A DNA stretch of 64,000 bases, taken from NCBI GenBank assembly GCA_030141605.1, contig JAQGDQ010000514.1:62001-126000 (forward strand), read 5' to 3'. Below are positions 1-13,600 of this stretch, piece by piece. The notes under the pieces were generated by a model. The model saw only the letters and a program-made list of their open reading frames with translations. It was not told where the DNA came from and made no database searches. The position numbers and the translations under genes are program-made. This DNA is from Tubiluchus corallicola. Its lineage: Eukaryota; Animalia; Priapulida. Numbering within the stretch: the stretch's first letter is position 1; the number at the start of each line of letters is the position of its first letter.

Positions 1-58
1 AATTTGTCTATTTTGAGATTTTTTTACTTGTAAATTTGTAGCATTAATGTTATTGTAG

Positions 59-3000
59 GTGAGGAGGCTCGGAATCCCCAACGTGCTATACCTATCAGTA
101 TATGTCTCGCACTTCTCTTTTGCTTTCTGGCATATTTCGGTATATCAGCTGTTCTCACGTTAATGGCACCATACTATGAACTGAGTGGTAATGCTCCTCT
201 GCCATTTGTCTTCGATAAAGTTGGGTGGACCGTTGCCAAATATGTTATCAGCGTCGGCGCAGTATGTGGTCTTTCTACAAGGTTTGTTAAATTTATTGTT
301 ATTGTTAATAATCTGCAAGTTTTCAAAAAGTGCTGTGCCTATATTTCTATAAACAATAAAAAATTGTGTTTGGTGTTTTATCGGGATTCAGTACAGCACT
401 GGAATAGTTTCACTATTTTATACTTGATTTTATGTGTCTTTTTTCTCCATATAGCTCTGGTATGTGGTTCTTTTTTTAAGTGAAACATTTATAATGCAAT
501 ATTCTGTTAGTTCCATTTTTAAAGTAAAGTATTTTCTATGAACTAAAAGCATTTGCCAACCAAACATTACCATATGTAAACTTCCGGATTACTGTTGTAT
601 GCTGGATTTTGCTATTCGGTTTTCATTATTCTATGAAATTGTACAAGCTGAACAATTTAACAAACAGTCCACTATTAAACGATTGCGCTTCATTGCAGTT
701 TGCTAGGATCCATGTTTCCAATGCCACGCGTAATCTACTCTATGGCAAACGATGGGCTTCTGTTCAAGTTTTTGGCAAGCATTAATCCTCGATTCAAAAC
801 CCCAATCATTGCCACAATTTCGTCTGGACTGTTAGCAGGTATGCAGCTGTGTTGTTGGGTTTGATAAAGATGTGTAACTCATTCCTCTGAAAACATGTCT
901 GAAGTAATGCAATATATTATAGTTTGTGTGCTTCGTAATAATTTCAGAAAAGGAACTGGTCAACATTTATTTATCTTTCCCTTTAGGCTTGATGACTACA
1001 TTTTTTGATCTAAAGGAACTTGTAGACATGATGTCAATTGGAACATTACTTGCTTATACACTTGTGTCGTGTTGCGTACTCATTTTGCGGTGAGTCTTAT
1101 TTTTATAAGTTACTACTTGCTGCATATGGATTGTGAAATAAATCTATCAGTTTTACCATTTTACCAATTAATAGTAATTTAAATATCATTTTTTAAAACT
1201 AATACACAAAGTGCTGTATTATTTGCTATACATTATTTACTATTATTTATTTAAAGGTAATGCTTGTAACATAAAGTTAAAATGGCAAGGGTGTATTAGC
1301 TTCACAATTCTTGGACATTTATAGAAGTTTGGATTATCTTTCTAAAATTTGCCAGTAACTTCAAGAATTCACCAAATTTTATTTTAAATAGAACATATGT
1401 ATAAGATTAAAGGCAGAATTGAGAACACCAGTAAACAAATAATTGATCTATGATCAGCAATCAGTAAATGAGAAAGAACTCTTAGTTATGGTCAAACTAG
1501 TAATTTTCCTAATTTTTCTGTTAATAAATTTGCAACCAAATTTTGAAAAGACAACTACAAACAGATACAGAACAAAAAGTCAGGATGGCGGCTCAGAAAA
1601 CACAACCATTCAACCAATTATGATCAAAAATCAGTAGCTGACAAAAAGTACCAGGATGTGTCAGATTGACACTAATGCCAAATGGTGTCTGTTAGCATCT
1701 GCTGACGAGTAAATCGTAGTAAATATAAAGCTGTGTGGATGACAGAATTAGTTCATGCTAATATGAACTAGAACAACTAATAAAATGTCTGCATTGAACA
1801 GTTTGAAAAACAGCACAGTACACCATTATTTGTAGGTGAAAGGCAAAAGAAGAGAAAAAGCAAAAGCATAAGAAACACAATTACTAATTAACCAGGGTGT
1901 ACAGCATAGGAAAAACACAAAAAATGAAAACATTGCTGATAACAGAGTAGTAAGATAACCATTTGTCCAGCGTAGAGATTGGCTTTCTAGCACGTTTCGC
2001 ATGCATTCAGAAGAATATATAGGTCCTACTAACAAATATCAAGAAGCATTAAAGGGCATCAGACAAAAATCTTAAATAATGTCAATGTTTAAAAGGCATC
2101 AAGTATTCTTTGTACCAACATGGTCATTTAATGAAGTTTGTCAATTAGTGTCAAACATGGATGAAGCAAAGATTATATGAGACTAATTATCATACTTACA
2201 TTTGAACATATTTTATAGAATTTAATTTTGTGATATGTTTAGCTGTTATTTGTTTAATTATGATAATTTACTGATTTACCTTTGTTTGTAGTAGTAGCAA
2301 TATGTACTAATATTTACAATTATAATGGTTCATTAAGTATAATTATTTAGATTTTATTATAAGTGTGTGATTGCTGTATTTATAACATTTGCAGGTATCG
2401 CTCTGAAGCAGTTGGACGGCGCGATGCACAAGGATTACCAACACAGCAATCACAGATTCCACTCAAAGCAGAAGAAAGCAATAGTAATTTTGAAAAGTGA
2501 GAAGAATCTTAATCTTTCTGTAACAATTTTTTTAGTGTCTCATGTTTCTTAGTATTTTTATGTTGTTTGCCTTCTGCAAAGTTAAGGTTTCTCCAACCAG
2601 AGGGTGGTAGGCCAAAGGGTGAATTTGATTTTAGAGGAAAAAACAGAGCAAAGTGTAGTGATGAACAGGCACTATTGATATTTTTTCTCAAAACAAAATA
2701 TGATAATAATAGAGCAAGAGAAAAAAAGCTGCTGACTGGAACTTCAAGAGAGTTGATATATTGTCCTCATTAGTTTTATTTATTATATTCTGTTTTGTTT
2801 TTTAAAAATCTATTCATTCTAAGTACATTTCTAGCATAGCTTATCGTAGGCATTATTTACCTTATCACATGCAATAAAATGTCAGTGCATTCTTGTTAAG
2901 TTCAGTTTACTTATTATTTACTTTGTTTTATGCTATTGAAACACAGTTTTAGTTGAGTTTTGCTTATAGTATGCATGCAATAAATGATTTTGTATAGATT

Positions 3001-6000
3001 AAACTTCAAAATTTTTCAAATTTGTCAGTGATGAGTGTTAACTCAGCGTTATTTATTATATAATCGTCAAAATTGAGCATTAATAATGTGTGAACTGAAT
3101 GTTAAAAACAGCACTTGAAAGAAATGTCTTTTCTTTTGTAAAAAAATGTTTTTGGTGTTTTGATAATTTCTTTTTTTATGTATTTGTACTGTCTTCCTGT
3201 AAGCAGGAAGTTCCAAGATTGGACACGGACTTTGTGTGCTTTATTTTGAATTAGAAGTGTTTGGAACTTGTTTTTTATAGAACCTTTTTCTGTTTTTTTC
3301 TGAAGATTATGATAATTATGTAATAACTGAAGTAATATCAAAATTAATTTCCATATCAAAGAGGAAGCCAACTCTGCAAAATGAAGCTGAGACGAAGCAA
3401 GGATTCTACTATTTAACAATTTGTTTCAAGGTTAATAAGCTTATTCATCAAGTTTAAAAAGTTATTTGTTTGTTTTTTGCTTATTTTAGGATGACGTTAG
3501 AAGCAACTGATGATCCAGGCATGAATTATTTACCAAGATCTAGTACTAAGACAAGCCGAATATACACGAAGCGGCAGATAGTTAGAGCTTTTTTCAAGCC
3601 TATGTCAGCTGAAGCCACCATTCTATCTTCAGACATAGTAATGTGGGCTGTTTTTGTATTATGTAAGTTGATAAAAGATGACGCAGTTTAGCTGTATACA
3701 TTTACCCATCATTTTTGCTGTTTAAAATTAAAGATTTAAGTTCCTGCCATAAGATGCCAACAAGTTTCAGCAATTGTTTGTAAAGATATGAATGCATGAT
3801 TTGCCAATTATTAGACGTTTTCATTCGTCCAATATTTTGTTTTTAGAATTCTATGTGAGTGAAATTGCAAGATTTGAATGATATAATACAGCACTTACAG
3901 TGATAGGCTCCTAAAAAAACTGATCAGCATGCACAGAGTATAATTGCCTGCTGATCTGTTGTTGTTCTGTTAGCTTTTACTGTGTATATATTATTTCTAC
4001 TAATACTGTGTATATTTGGACAGATACAACAAATTTTGTTAAGTTTCCTTATGTCTTTTAGTACGTTACTCAGAAAATAATGCTTTATGTTGAACATTTT
4101 TTAATTGGTGCTATGACTTAGGGGCCAACCACATATAGTGGTATCAAGTTTAGGGTAAGCAAGTTGCAGTGGATGCGATAACGCCATTATAATGCAAGGT
4201 ATGTAGGTGATTTAGTTGTGATATCGTTATCTGACTTCACGCTGACGATGTGTCTGACATCCATGTGGAACAACGATTTGCTAATTGTGGAGGAAAAATC
4301 TGCAGAATGAATCGATGAAAATGAGTTCAGTGAATTAGGGCTGCCACCGCCTCCACTGTCGATGCCAGCAGAATCCACTGATGGTTTCCCGTTAATTAAC
4401 ACAAGTGATGTTGTTGCCTGTCCTTGGGAGGAGGAGGAATAAAACGTGCAAAGAGCTACATCATTGTTATATCGATATCAACAGGGTCGCTCTACCACTA
4501 GCAAACTATGCAGTTGCCTACAGCATCAAATTTTTTTGGGGGGGGGTTGCCAAGTTCAGGGAGTAATTCTGTAATTTTTAAGTTTAGTATAAATAACAGC
4601 ATAATGCATGTGTATGTACATAAGTGCACAACACTAATTAAATGAGGCGAACAACTTGCATTCTTTTCCTGTCGAAATATGTGATTCACTGATGCTAGCA
4701 AGTGTCTTCTCACAGCAAAACACTTTCTGATTTTGTTTTATCTGGTTTCCTAAGATGACACCATTGCATGCAGACATTACTGGTGCGTTACCTTATTGTT
4801 CCCCGCAGTTTCTATGAAAGCTTATATAATGACCCTTCCATTAATAAAAAAATTGCTTGCAATAGCATTTATCTGACTATGGCAGATAAAACTATAAGAA
4901 TTGAAGTCTGTAGGATGGAATACAGGAAACGAAAGGTAAAAAAGCTAGCGAATCATAGAGCACAATGTAGGGTCATGGATCCAATTTCGAATTCAAGCAG
5001 TAATAAATTCAGTTTCTGCCTCAATCAGCACAAACCATAGACAATTATTTACACTTAACTAGTATACAATAATACATGTATAAGCGTAGCACACATGTAC
5101 TATTACACTTTATTATAATATTATATGAGAAAAAAAATCAATATTGAGAGTATGATGGGGACAGTTGGGGAAGGGCTTGACCATTGAGGAGAGGTGGCTA
5201 AAAATTTTTGCTTAGGGCATTAATCTACCTAGAGTCAACTCTGGATATCAGTATAAGGGTAGGTGTGAGACATATCAGAATGCCATTATAATGCAAGGTC
5301 TTCAGAATCGGTTGAAAATTTGATATCGTTGTATTAGGACGGTCTGTTAGCATCAAAAGAATTTCTGATCAAATTTTCACAGGTTTTTCCCCAACTATCT
5401 CACTAAGTCAGGCTCTTAATAGAAAACTAAAAAATGAATTTCTGTTGCTAATAAATTTAATTACCTTTCAGAATCAGAAAAAAATACTTTTTTCTCAAAC
5501 GTGCAGTGGAAGCACCTCTAGCAGTTTTATATAAGACTGTCAAAACTTTTAATATGTTCATATTCAGGAAAGAAAATAATCTCTTTTTATAATTACTTTT
5601 CTAACTCGTTTTCTAGTTTGTTTTTTTTGAAAATAAAGCATTCCATAGCAAAACAAAAATGTTTAGCAATTGCTACAGTGACTGCGGAGTCATCAAGCCT
5701 AATTTCCTGATGTGTGTAAATTTTCCTGGACACATCAGGAAATTGGGCTTGATGTCAGTGAGTTAAATGTGTCTGAAAATTGTCAGGGAAAATCTGCGTT
5801 TTGCAGTTCATTTCATTTCCGCCAGTTCTAGCACAATTAGAAGCATGATTTTTTTAGCATAATAAGAATTATGACTTTGATTACACTTGCGATAAATATA
5901 TAGAATTAAATTATAAAAACCTAAAAAATCGTTGAAAGCTGTCATTGAAATCACTGAAATCCCAAAATATAGTTTCAAAGCATAAAATTTTGTTTCATTT

Positions 6001-9000
6001 GTGGTATTAAAAAGTCCTAACTTGATATGTTTCATCACTATGTTGTAATATTGTATCATAGTTCTTTTTTATTGTAGCCTAAACGTCAATACAGACAGCT
6101 CTAATAATTGTTTAGTTTTTAGCTTTAATTTTTAGACTACAAAATGTTAATCGGCTTGCTGCCCCTCATTGTTGTACCATCATGAGATGGACAGGACTTA
6201 CCTCCCCTCCCCCAAATGATGGGGGAAGGGAAAATCACTTTCATAAGGTGGTCAATTTAACAGTCACATTTGCTGTGAGATGGACTGTGCTTCCATAAGA
6301 AATAGTTATATTTTCCTTGACATTGCAATATGTTACCCAAGTTTTCAGAAGGTTTTCATAGCATTCAGCAAATTGGTCAAGCTTATTTATTTGCTTATTG
6401 GTACATTAATTTCACTTGCAAGATATGCATAAATATTATCCGTGATTTTACAATCAAATCTCAGTAATATGAAATTCATATGGTGCACATTTTTTGTATT
6501 ATCAATTTCACACTGCCTAACAGAATAGACACATCCACTCCACTGCCTTGAACTTTTTTGTGTTCCCCAAGTTTGTAATAAGCTTACTTTTATGTTTAAT
6601 CAGTTCATTTTTTCTTCTTTATAGGTATATTGATCTTAGTACTCAGTATAACACTAAACGTAGCAATGACGTCTATACTAAATAAACATTTAGGTTCTAT
6701 TGCTATATTAACTGTATTCATCTTGATGACTGTTGTGACTTGCGTCATTATTTGGAGACAGCCACAAAGTGAAGAAAAGTGTGCATTCATGGTAAATTTA
6801 ATTATTCGAAATATTTTTTGTACAAAGTATTTGACAGTATCGAAGAGAAATACTTCATTGTTTTGCAAATCATTTTGAAATTGTTTTTGTTAGGACACAT
6901 TAGGTCTGAAAGAGTGGTTCTGACATGTCCTGGTCTTTTTCTCCCTTGAGTTCTAAAACAGCGGTTGTCACATACCTAAGTCATTTTTTTCCTTGAGTTT
7001 TAAAAAGTGGTTCTCACAAGCCTAGGTCACTTTTCTCGCTTGAGCTCTAAAATAGTGGTTCTCACGTGCCTAGGCCACTTTCCTTCCTTGGTTTCCTGCA
7101 ATTCCTGGTTTCCTTTATGCTTTCTCCATTTTGAATTGCTATCTAAGAATTTTTTTTTACCATTATATATTTACAGTGCTGAGTATTAAAATAATTTATG
7201 AAAACGATTCTTTTCTGCAATTAAAAGAAAAAAGAAGTACTTAATTTTAAGGATCATTTAATTCCCGATTGTATTGACAAATGGGTTAAAAGCAATTCGT
7301 GAAGTGCTGTCAAAAGGAAAGGAATGGTAATGAGGAAACTGTCCTAGGTTCGCTTGAATTTTTAAAGTAAAGTCCGATTCTTCGTCTAGAGTGTGGAAAA
7401 TATCCAAACTAGCCAGCAAGAGTGGAACTTTATCGAAAAAAGACATGCTTGTTTTTCAGTGTTTTCCTAGCCATAACACAAACGATTTCAGTAGTCAGCA
7501 ATTTGCAATAGCTAAAGCTGTCAAATGTCACCCTATAATCACCATATTATCAACACGAATATGTTTTTTAAATCTCATTTTTAAATCATTCACGAACCGA
7601 TTCAGTTTGAAGCAAGTGTTTGTTAACTTTTAATTTGTGTTCTTAATAAACTCCCTGACAGTTACGCATTGTGGTGTTTCACTTGTATATTTATATACAT
7701 ACGTAATAATAAATAATACTATCTATGTACATGTGAGTCCTGTTGTTATCTGCAACAAATCGAATATTAGATTTATATTTTGCAGGTGCCACTGGTTCCG
7801 CTCCTACCAGTTATTAGCGTTTTCATAAATTTATATTTGATGACACAGTTGTCTACAGGTACATGGATAAGATTTGCTGTATGGATGGCAGCAGGTTAGT
7901 CATTTAAATGTTTGTCTGATTAACCAAGGTAGTTTCTGGCAAAAACGTTTGTGTTGTTAAAATTCGACCATTTGTCATTTTTGTGACAGTGTGCAGTTTC
8001 TACCAGGCAGCTTTTTGAAATTAATTTTTGCTTTGTTTTCCTGTGGTGATTGAGGCTTTCTGTAACAGAAGTAGTGTCCTTATTCTTTTATTGGAGTTTT
8101 CTTAACCATAGGCAGTTACCATTCTGTGTAGTAGTAAACTGGTACACCTATTTTCTGCGAACATTTACTTGCTAACTACATTTTTATAATTTGAGTTTCA
8201 TAAAACCAAAACGAACCAGCAGAATGTAATCTTATCAAATACTATATATCTTTGATTGTACAGTTTCCCATAAGTCTCACTATTAGCTAAAATTGTTGTA
8301 ATTTGTGTTTTGGCCCAGTTTAAGAATCTGCTGTATGAGTTATAAATGATATACATACAAACTGTTGTTGGTAAATCTGTTTTTTTGGCAGAAACAATGG
8401 TCATTACATAGCATGTTGTCTGGTAGTAATGTGCACCTAAGCAACTGACACCCAAGTACTGGTCTTAGAACATTCATTTAGCATATCATTTACCGTGATT
8501 TTGAAGGCAGAATTGTTGTCTATACAGTGTATAAGATTTCAACCAGTGGTGGCTATTATTTAATGAATTGTAGTTGAAACAATTAGCAAAACTCACCCAC
8601 TATTCACCAGCCGCCATGCCCAGTCTAATGCACACCTATTAGTTTTAGTGACTATTGCAAGTCACCACAGCAACAAAATTTATCATGTTGTACATAGTTA
8701 TAAAGCCCTTTGAAATTCTGTATCTAGCCGTACAGAGAAGTTTCTGCTGAGGAAAAACACAAACATTAGTTTGAATTGTTAGTAGGGAAACAATCGTGAG
8801 AATGCAAAACCTATGTAAGATTGTAGTTTTTAATGTTGATAATTAAGTCGTGGAGTTTTCGTGCTGGGTATCAAAAAAGACAAGCCATGCAACCTGTTAA
8901 TTGCTAGTTAGTGTGTTCATTTATTGTTAATGTGTGGGTGTCCATTAAGTGTGCAAGATGTGACATTATACCAGAAAAGAGCACCAAAAATTGTATGGTC

Positions 9001-10629
9001 AATTGCTGTCGTACACTGCTATACTTAAAATTTTTTTTATGTACTCATGTTGACTGCCTAGAAGTTTTGTGTGGAAGAATTTTTCTTGTCAAGTGTGGTG
9101 TTTGCATAAACACATAGGCCTAATTGCGTACCAAATGTCACAAATAGCTAATGATTGTGAAAAGAACCTGAATTAACCACTAAACTTCTCTCTTCCTGGA
9201 CCTGCAAGTCAGGAGAGGGTTTTACTGTGTTAAATCATTAAATATCTTTAGCTTGTCAACTCATTATAAACTGCTCTTGAAAGGTTAATAGGTTTTTTGT
9301 TTGTGTTTCCAGTGTTCAACTCACAATTAATCAAATAGGTTTGAATGTCTCTGTAACTCTCACTACTCATAAGTGCTGTTTATACTTATGTGAAAAGTTC
9401 AAAGAGTTGAGTCGCTTGCTATTACTTTTGCAGGGATCTATTGCAGACACTACCATCGTATCACGTTGATCACACTCTCATACTGTTTTACATTAAAATT
9501 ATTATTTTCGTCAACAGTAATCTGACATTCATATACATTAATGTATAAAAGAAAATGGTATAGTTTCATAAGTAGTGGGTTATTATTAAACTAATATGTA
9601 AATAAATTGTACTCACATTTTTTTATATTTTAACTGGTTGATTTTGTCTTTTTAGATCAACTCTTTGAGTACATACAATGAGTTCATTCTAAAATCCATT
9701 GTCATTTCATTTATACAGAATTGGTTACTACTCTTCCCTACTCTGTTAATAAAAAAATTCAACTGTGGGAGAATAAATAAAAAAAGACTTCCATAAAAAA
9801 ATTTCACATTTATTCACTATTTTTAGAAAATGTCTTTTTAACATTTGTGTAAATATTTACCACGTTAATATTTTGTTACTTGAAAATTATGCCTAGTCTG
9901 CTAGGCATTTTTGAGATGCCATATAAATATGTGTAATTCAGGAAGAAAAAATGTTTAATAGAGCAATTTCCTAGCAAATTCATTTGAATTCTGTACTGCG
10001 ACTTGATATCATTAATAATTATAATAATAATTAATAAATTAACTGCTTATGTTCAGTAATCACTTTACTTAAGTCAGTCTGATGTCTTCTTGGTAACAGT
10101 TTAGCAGTTTTCATTAAATTTTTAATGATAACAATAGCAAACCATTGATGAAAACGATTTTCCAAACGTTTCACATAGCTGTGATCCATTTGCATTTAGC
10201 AAAGATCTACTAGAATTTTTGTGTGTAGAAAGATATGCCACCAGGTTAAAAAGTTACACTGAAGATATCAGTTGTTGCAGTTGAAATGCTTAGAAAATAA
10301 ATTTTAATACTATGACATCATTGAAATAACAGGAAAAATAGCAAGCAAGTCCTTAAATTATCACAAGAAATACTTCAAAGCATTTTTTGTCTAAAATCTA
10401 GATGTTTGAAATAATGTTTTTGACTGGAACCTTCAGTGTATTTTTTCATATGACTAATTTTTGTTCATATGTCTACTTTTTTGCAGGCTTTGCCATATAC
10501 TTTTTTTATGGCATCTGGCATAGTACTGAACGAGTGAAATATCCTGAGCAGTATCAAGAGCAATATGCTCCTGTAACAGATGAGCCAGATTTTACTGTAC
10601 CGCCAAATGAGTCAGGTACAAAACTTTAA
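59..10629 (+). CDS. SLC7A1/2/3-like: Cationic amino-acid transporter (CAT, SLC7A1/2/3-like), 3' eight coding exons; 5' part lies outside the window
   Basis: GT-AG exons in consistent phase at 59-281, 699-838, 987-1089, 2395-2496, 3490-3662, 6625-6791, 7786-7894 and 10487-10629 (stop). Spliced product has CAT motifs [91 protein letters not shown]. Confidence 0.95.
5691..5754. repeat. Intronic inverted repeat (25-bp arms, 14-nt loop)
   Basis: CATCAAGCCTAATTTCCTGATGTGT (5691-5715) pairs with ACACATCAGGAAATTGGGCTTGATG (5730-5754) with one mismatch. Confidence 0.85.
6910..7085. repeat. Degenerate tandem repeat, about 47-bp unit, about 4 copies, in a CAT intron
   Basis: Recurring AGTGGTTCTCAC...CCTAGGTCAC...CTTGAG.TCTAAAA blocks. 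Confidence 0.7.
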
Positions 10630-13600
10630 ATGCATTTTAGTTTGTTCCTAACAGATAGTAGTTAGGAAAAGAGGACTACTTTCTTTTTGTTGTTTACTTG
10701 TATTTTAGCAACACTATGAGAATGTAGATTACTCGGATGTGTTTGTAAGCCTGTTTTTAATACTAAACGAACTTTCGTTATTTAATCCAGCTGCTAGGTG
10801 TTTATCTATTGATGTTTTCTAAACACTGTCTGCATTACAAATGACTTGATCATTATTTTTTGGGTAACATGCAGTGTTATCTTATTATAATATGCTGAGG
10901 CGTCTTATTCTTTTTCAATCATGTAAGTGTCTTCTCTTATTTTTTATTTTTACTCTTTGAGTATTTAACTTATTTTACCTTTTCCATGATATGTTATTTT
11001 AAAGCTGGCGAAGGAATTCTCAAAACTGAAGAAAGTACAGGTGATGTCGTAGGTAAAAGTGCTACTATGTCTGAATTGCTTCACTTTACTTCAAGTTTAG
11101 TGTATTGAGAATCATTGGGAAACTAAAATGAGTGACAATACAGTACTTTCAATTTTTGAAAAAAGCTCATTTGCAATTTTGCATTCATGATGTTTTCAGT
11201 GAAGTGGGTGGCAGACATTAATGATTACAGATTTGTTGCTAAATAACAATTTTCATAAAATATGTATGCACACTGATAACTTTTAGGGTAGGCATATTTG
11301 ACCAGTCGTTCGGTTCAATGGTCCGGCCATTGAACTGATTAAATGCTTGCATGATCAAATTGTTGAATGTGTTTCTGTTCTCTGTAGAACGTTTGCAAGA
11401 TCAAGTCATTAATTTAACATATTTTTCACCTCTGTTGTGTCACTCAGGAACTCTGTGATCACTGTATCGCTTTATCACAATGTGAAGCAGTGTTGTTCTT
11501 TCACGCCATGCATGACGTACCGACAGTGTGCCGTGGAAAAAATTACCCGTATTTATTTTTGGCTTAATCGCATTTTCACGATGGAATGTCATGACGTCAC
11601 GACACTATGCTTGTATGCACTAGTCTTCATTCACAACAGTGCCTGTTGGACACTATGTTTTCGTTGTGATAAAGAGATGGATGCTGCATGTGGAATGCTT
11701 GCAGGATAAAGTTGTTAAAAATGTTTCTCCATCTCTGTGGAATGCATGAATTATGAAATCATTGAACTTATTGTATGCCCTATATTAAAGTAACTCTGAA
11801 TGGCAGTAATGGGAACAAAATTAAATAAATTGTCTTACAAGGAAGAATTTGAGAAAACTTCTCATTTAATTAACTAGTGTTCTTACTGTTATGTTACTAG
11901 TGATGTTATTGCCTTTTTTTCTTTTCTGTTTTTTCTGCACTGCATGTGAAACCTGAAAATATTTCATGGTGACAATATGCAATATTATTACAATATTATT
12001 ATATCATTACAATATCATGTTTGTGCTTTTATTTTGATTTCTTTCTACCAGAAGACAGTACAGAAGTACTATTAATATTGTCTGTGTAAACGTTCTCTTG
12101 TACAAATTAAAATATTATGGTATATGTGGCTTTACTTTTGAACTACTCGTACTCGCATAATCGGAACCAAATTTCTCAAATTAAAGATGCTTTCTCAGAT
12201 GCTATGCTGCAAGACTCCATACTTGGTACTCTTCTTTTCCTAATTTACATAAATGACTTACTCATCTATTGATTACATGCTGTAAATCACGGTTATGTGC
12301 AAAGTAAAACTCGTCGTGTCTTGTGTCTTATAGGAAAGAACTAGTCACTCAATATGTTGGGTTTATTTTACTGTTGTCACTTAAACTTAGAAAAATATAG
12401 CAAACAAATTTGCACAAAATTATCTGTAAAGCATAAATTTAAACTATACTACTGCTGAATAGAAATTTTTAGGCCATGGTGGTTGCCGCCATTCACTTGA
12501 AAGTTAAGACGTAACTGGGAGACTGCGTGGCTTTTCCTAAGTGCATCATGGTGCTCCGTAAGCGCACTGTTTAAACTAATTCAAACTTCTGCAGCTTATC
12601 TAATGTTCACACAAAAATATTACGAAATTAGCTATCTGGTTTTTTGTAAAAACTTATACTTTCGACGAAGATTGACAGTGCGCTACTTTCTCCAGGATGA
12701 ATGACGTCATTGGAAGAAGAATTGGCATTGAAAATCGGAGCGCCCAAGCATGAAGTGATCGCGACTTTAAAGTGATTTTATTAATTACATGAGGCACTTA
12801 TTGCAGTATAATTACCAAATCCTAACATTTTTTGCGAACATTGAAATAAGCCTTTAAGACAATAGTTTATTGCTATAATGAAAAATTTTTCATTTACTGA
12901 GGAACAAGTGGCAAATGTTTGTAGTCATTTTAAATAAAGCACCGTTAAATTGCGATTTATTGAACGAAGATTTATTTAACTAACTTTTTGGTCCTAGGAC
13001 ACAAATGTTCATTTAAATTTAAATTGTTGCAGGTGTGAATTTGCTTAGAGATGAAAGCAGCCTCAGTAATGATCAAATAAATGGCGTTACTGGCAAAGAA
13101 CTATACGAGATAGACACCGAAATGGATTTCTAGCAGCAACCTATAAAAAACCGATAATGTTTTTAAGAAAGCAAGGAATGAACGGGTCTTCCATCGTGCT
13201 TGCGTACTGTTAATTGATGACTTTATTCACAGAAAACTGTGAACTTGGTGCCGAGCAGTTGATGTGGCTTCGTAGTTGCTAGTTTAATAAAGCATATTTT
13301 CGTTTATCGCCGCCTACGCAACTTTTTGAAGGAGTGGTAAGAATGGTTATTTTAGAAAACTTGCAGTATTAAATTCTATTATTTGGCAGCATTCTATTTT
13401 GGCTGCTACTTACAAGAAGCTTTTTTTGTGATTTATATTTAGTGGAGAACGGGCAAGCTTTATTGACATGATGTTCTGTGTTCCAACTTGCATCAGTAAC
13501 ATAAGAAGAGAAATACTATTTTTGAAAATAATGTGCTAAAACAGTTATTTGCCTTGACAGAAAACACTGTGCTGTCTTTCAGTGTAGCTCTACTACAGGA

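Noticed and set aside
4140-5320. ORF 4187-4402 and a short repeat (GCCATTATAATGCAAGGT at about 4182 and 5282)
   Set aside because: No recognisable domain; probably decayed intronic repeat.
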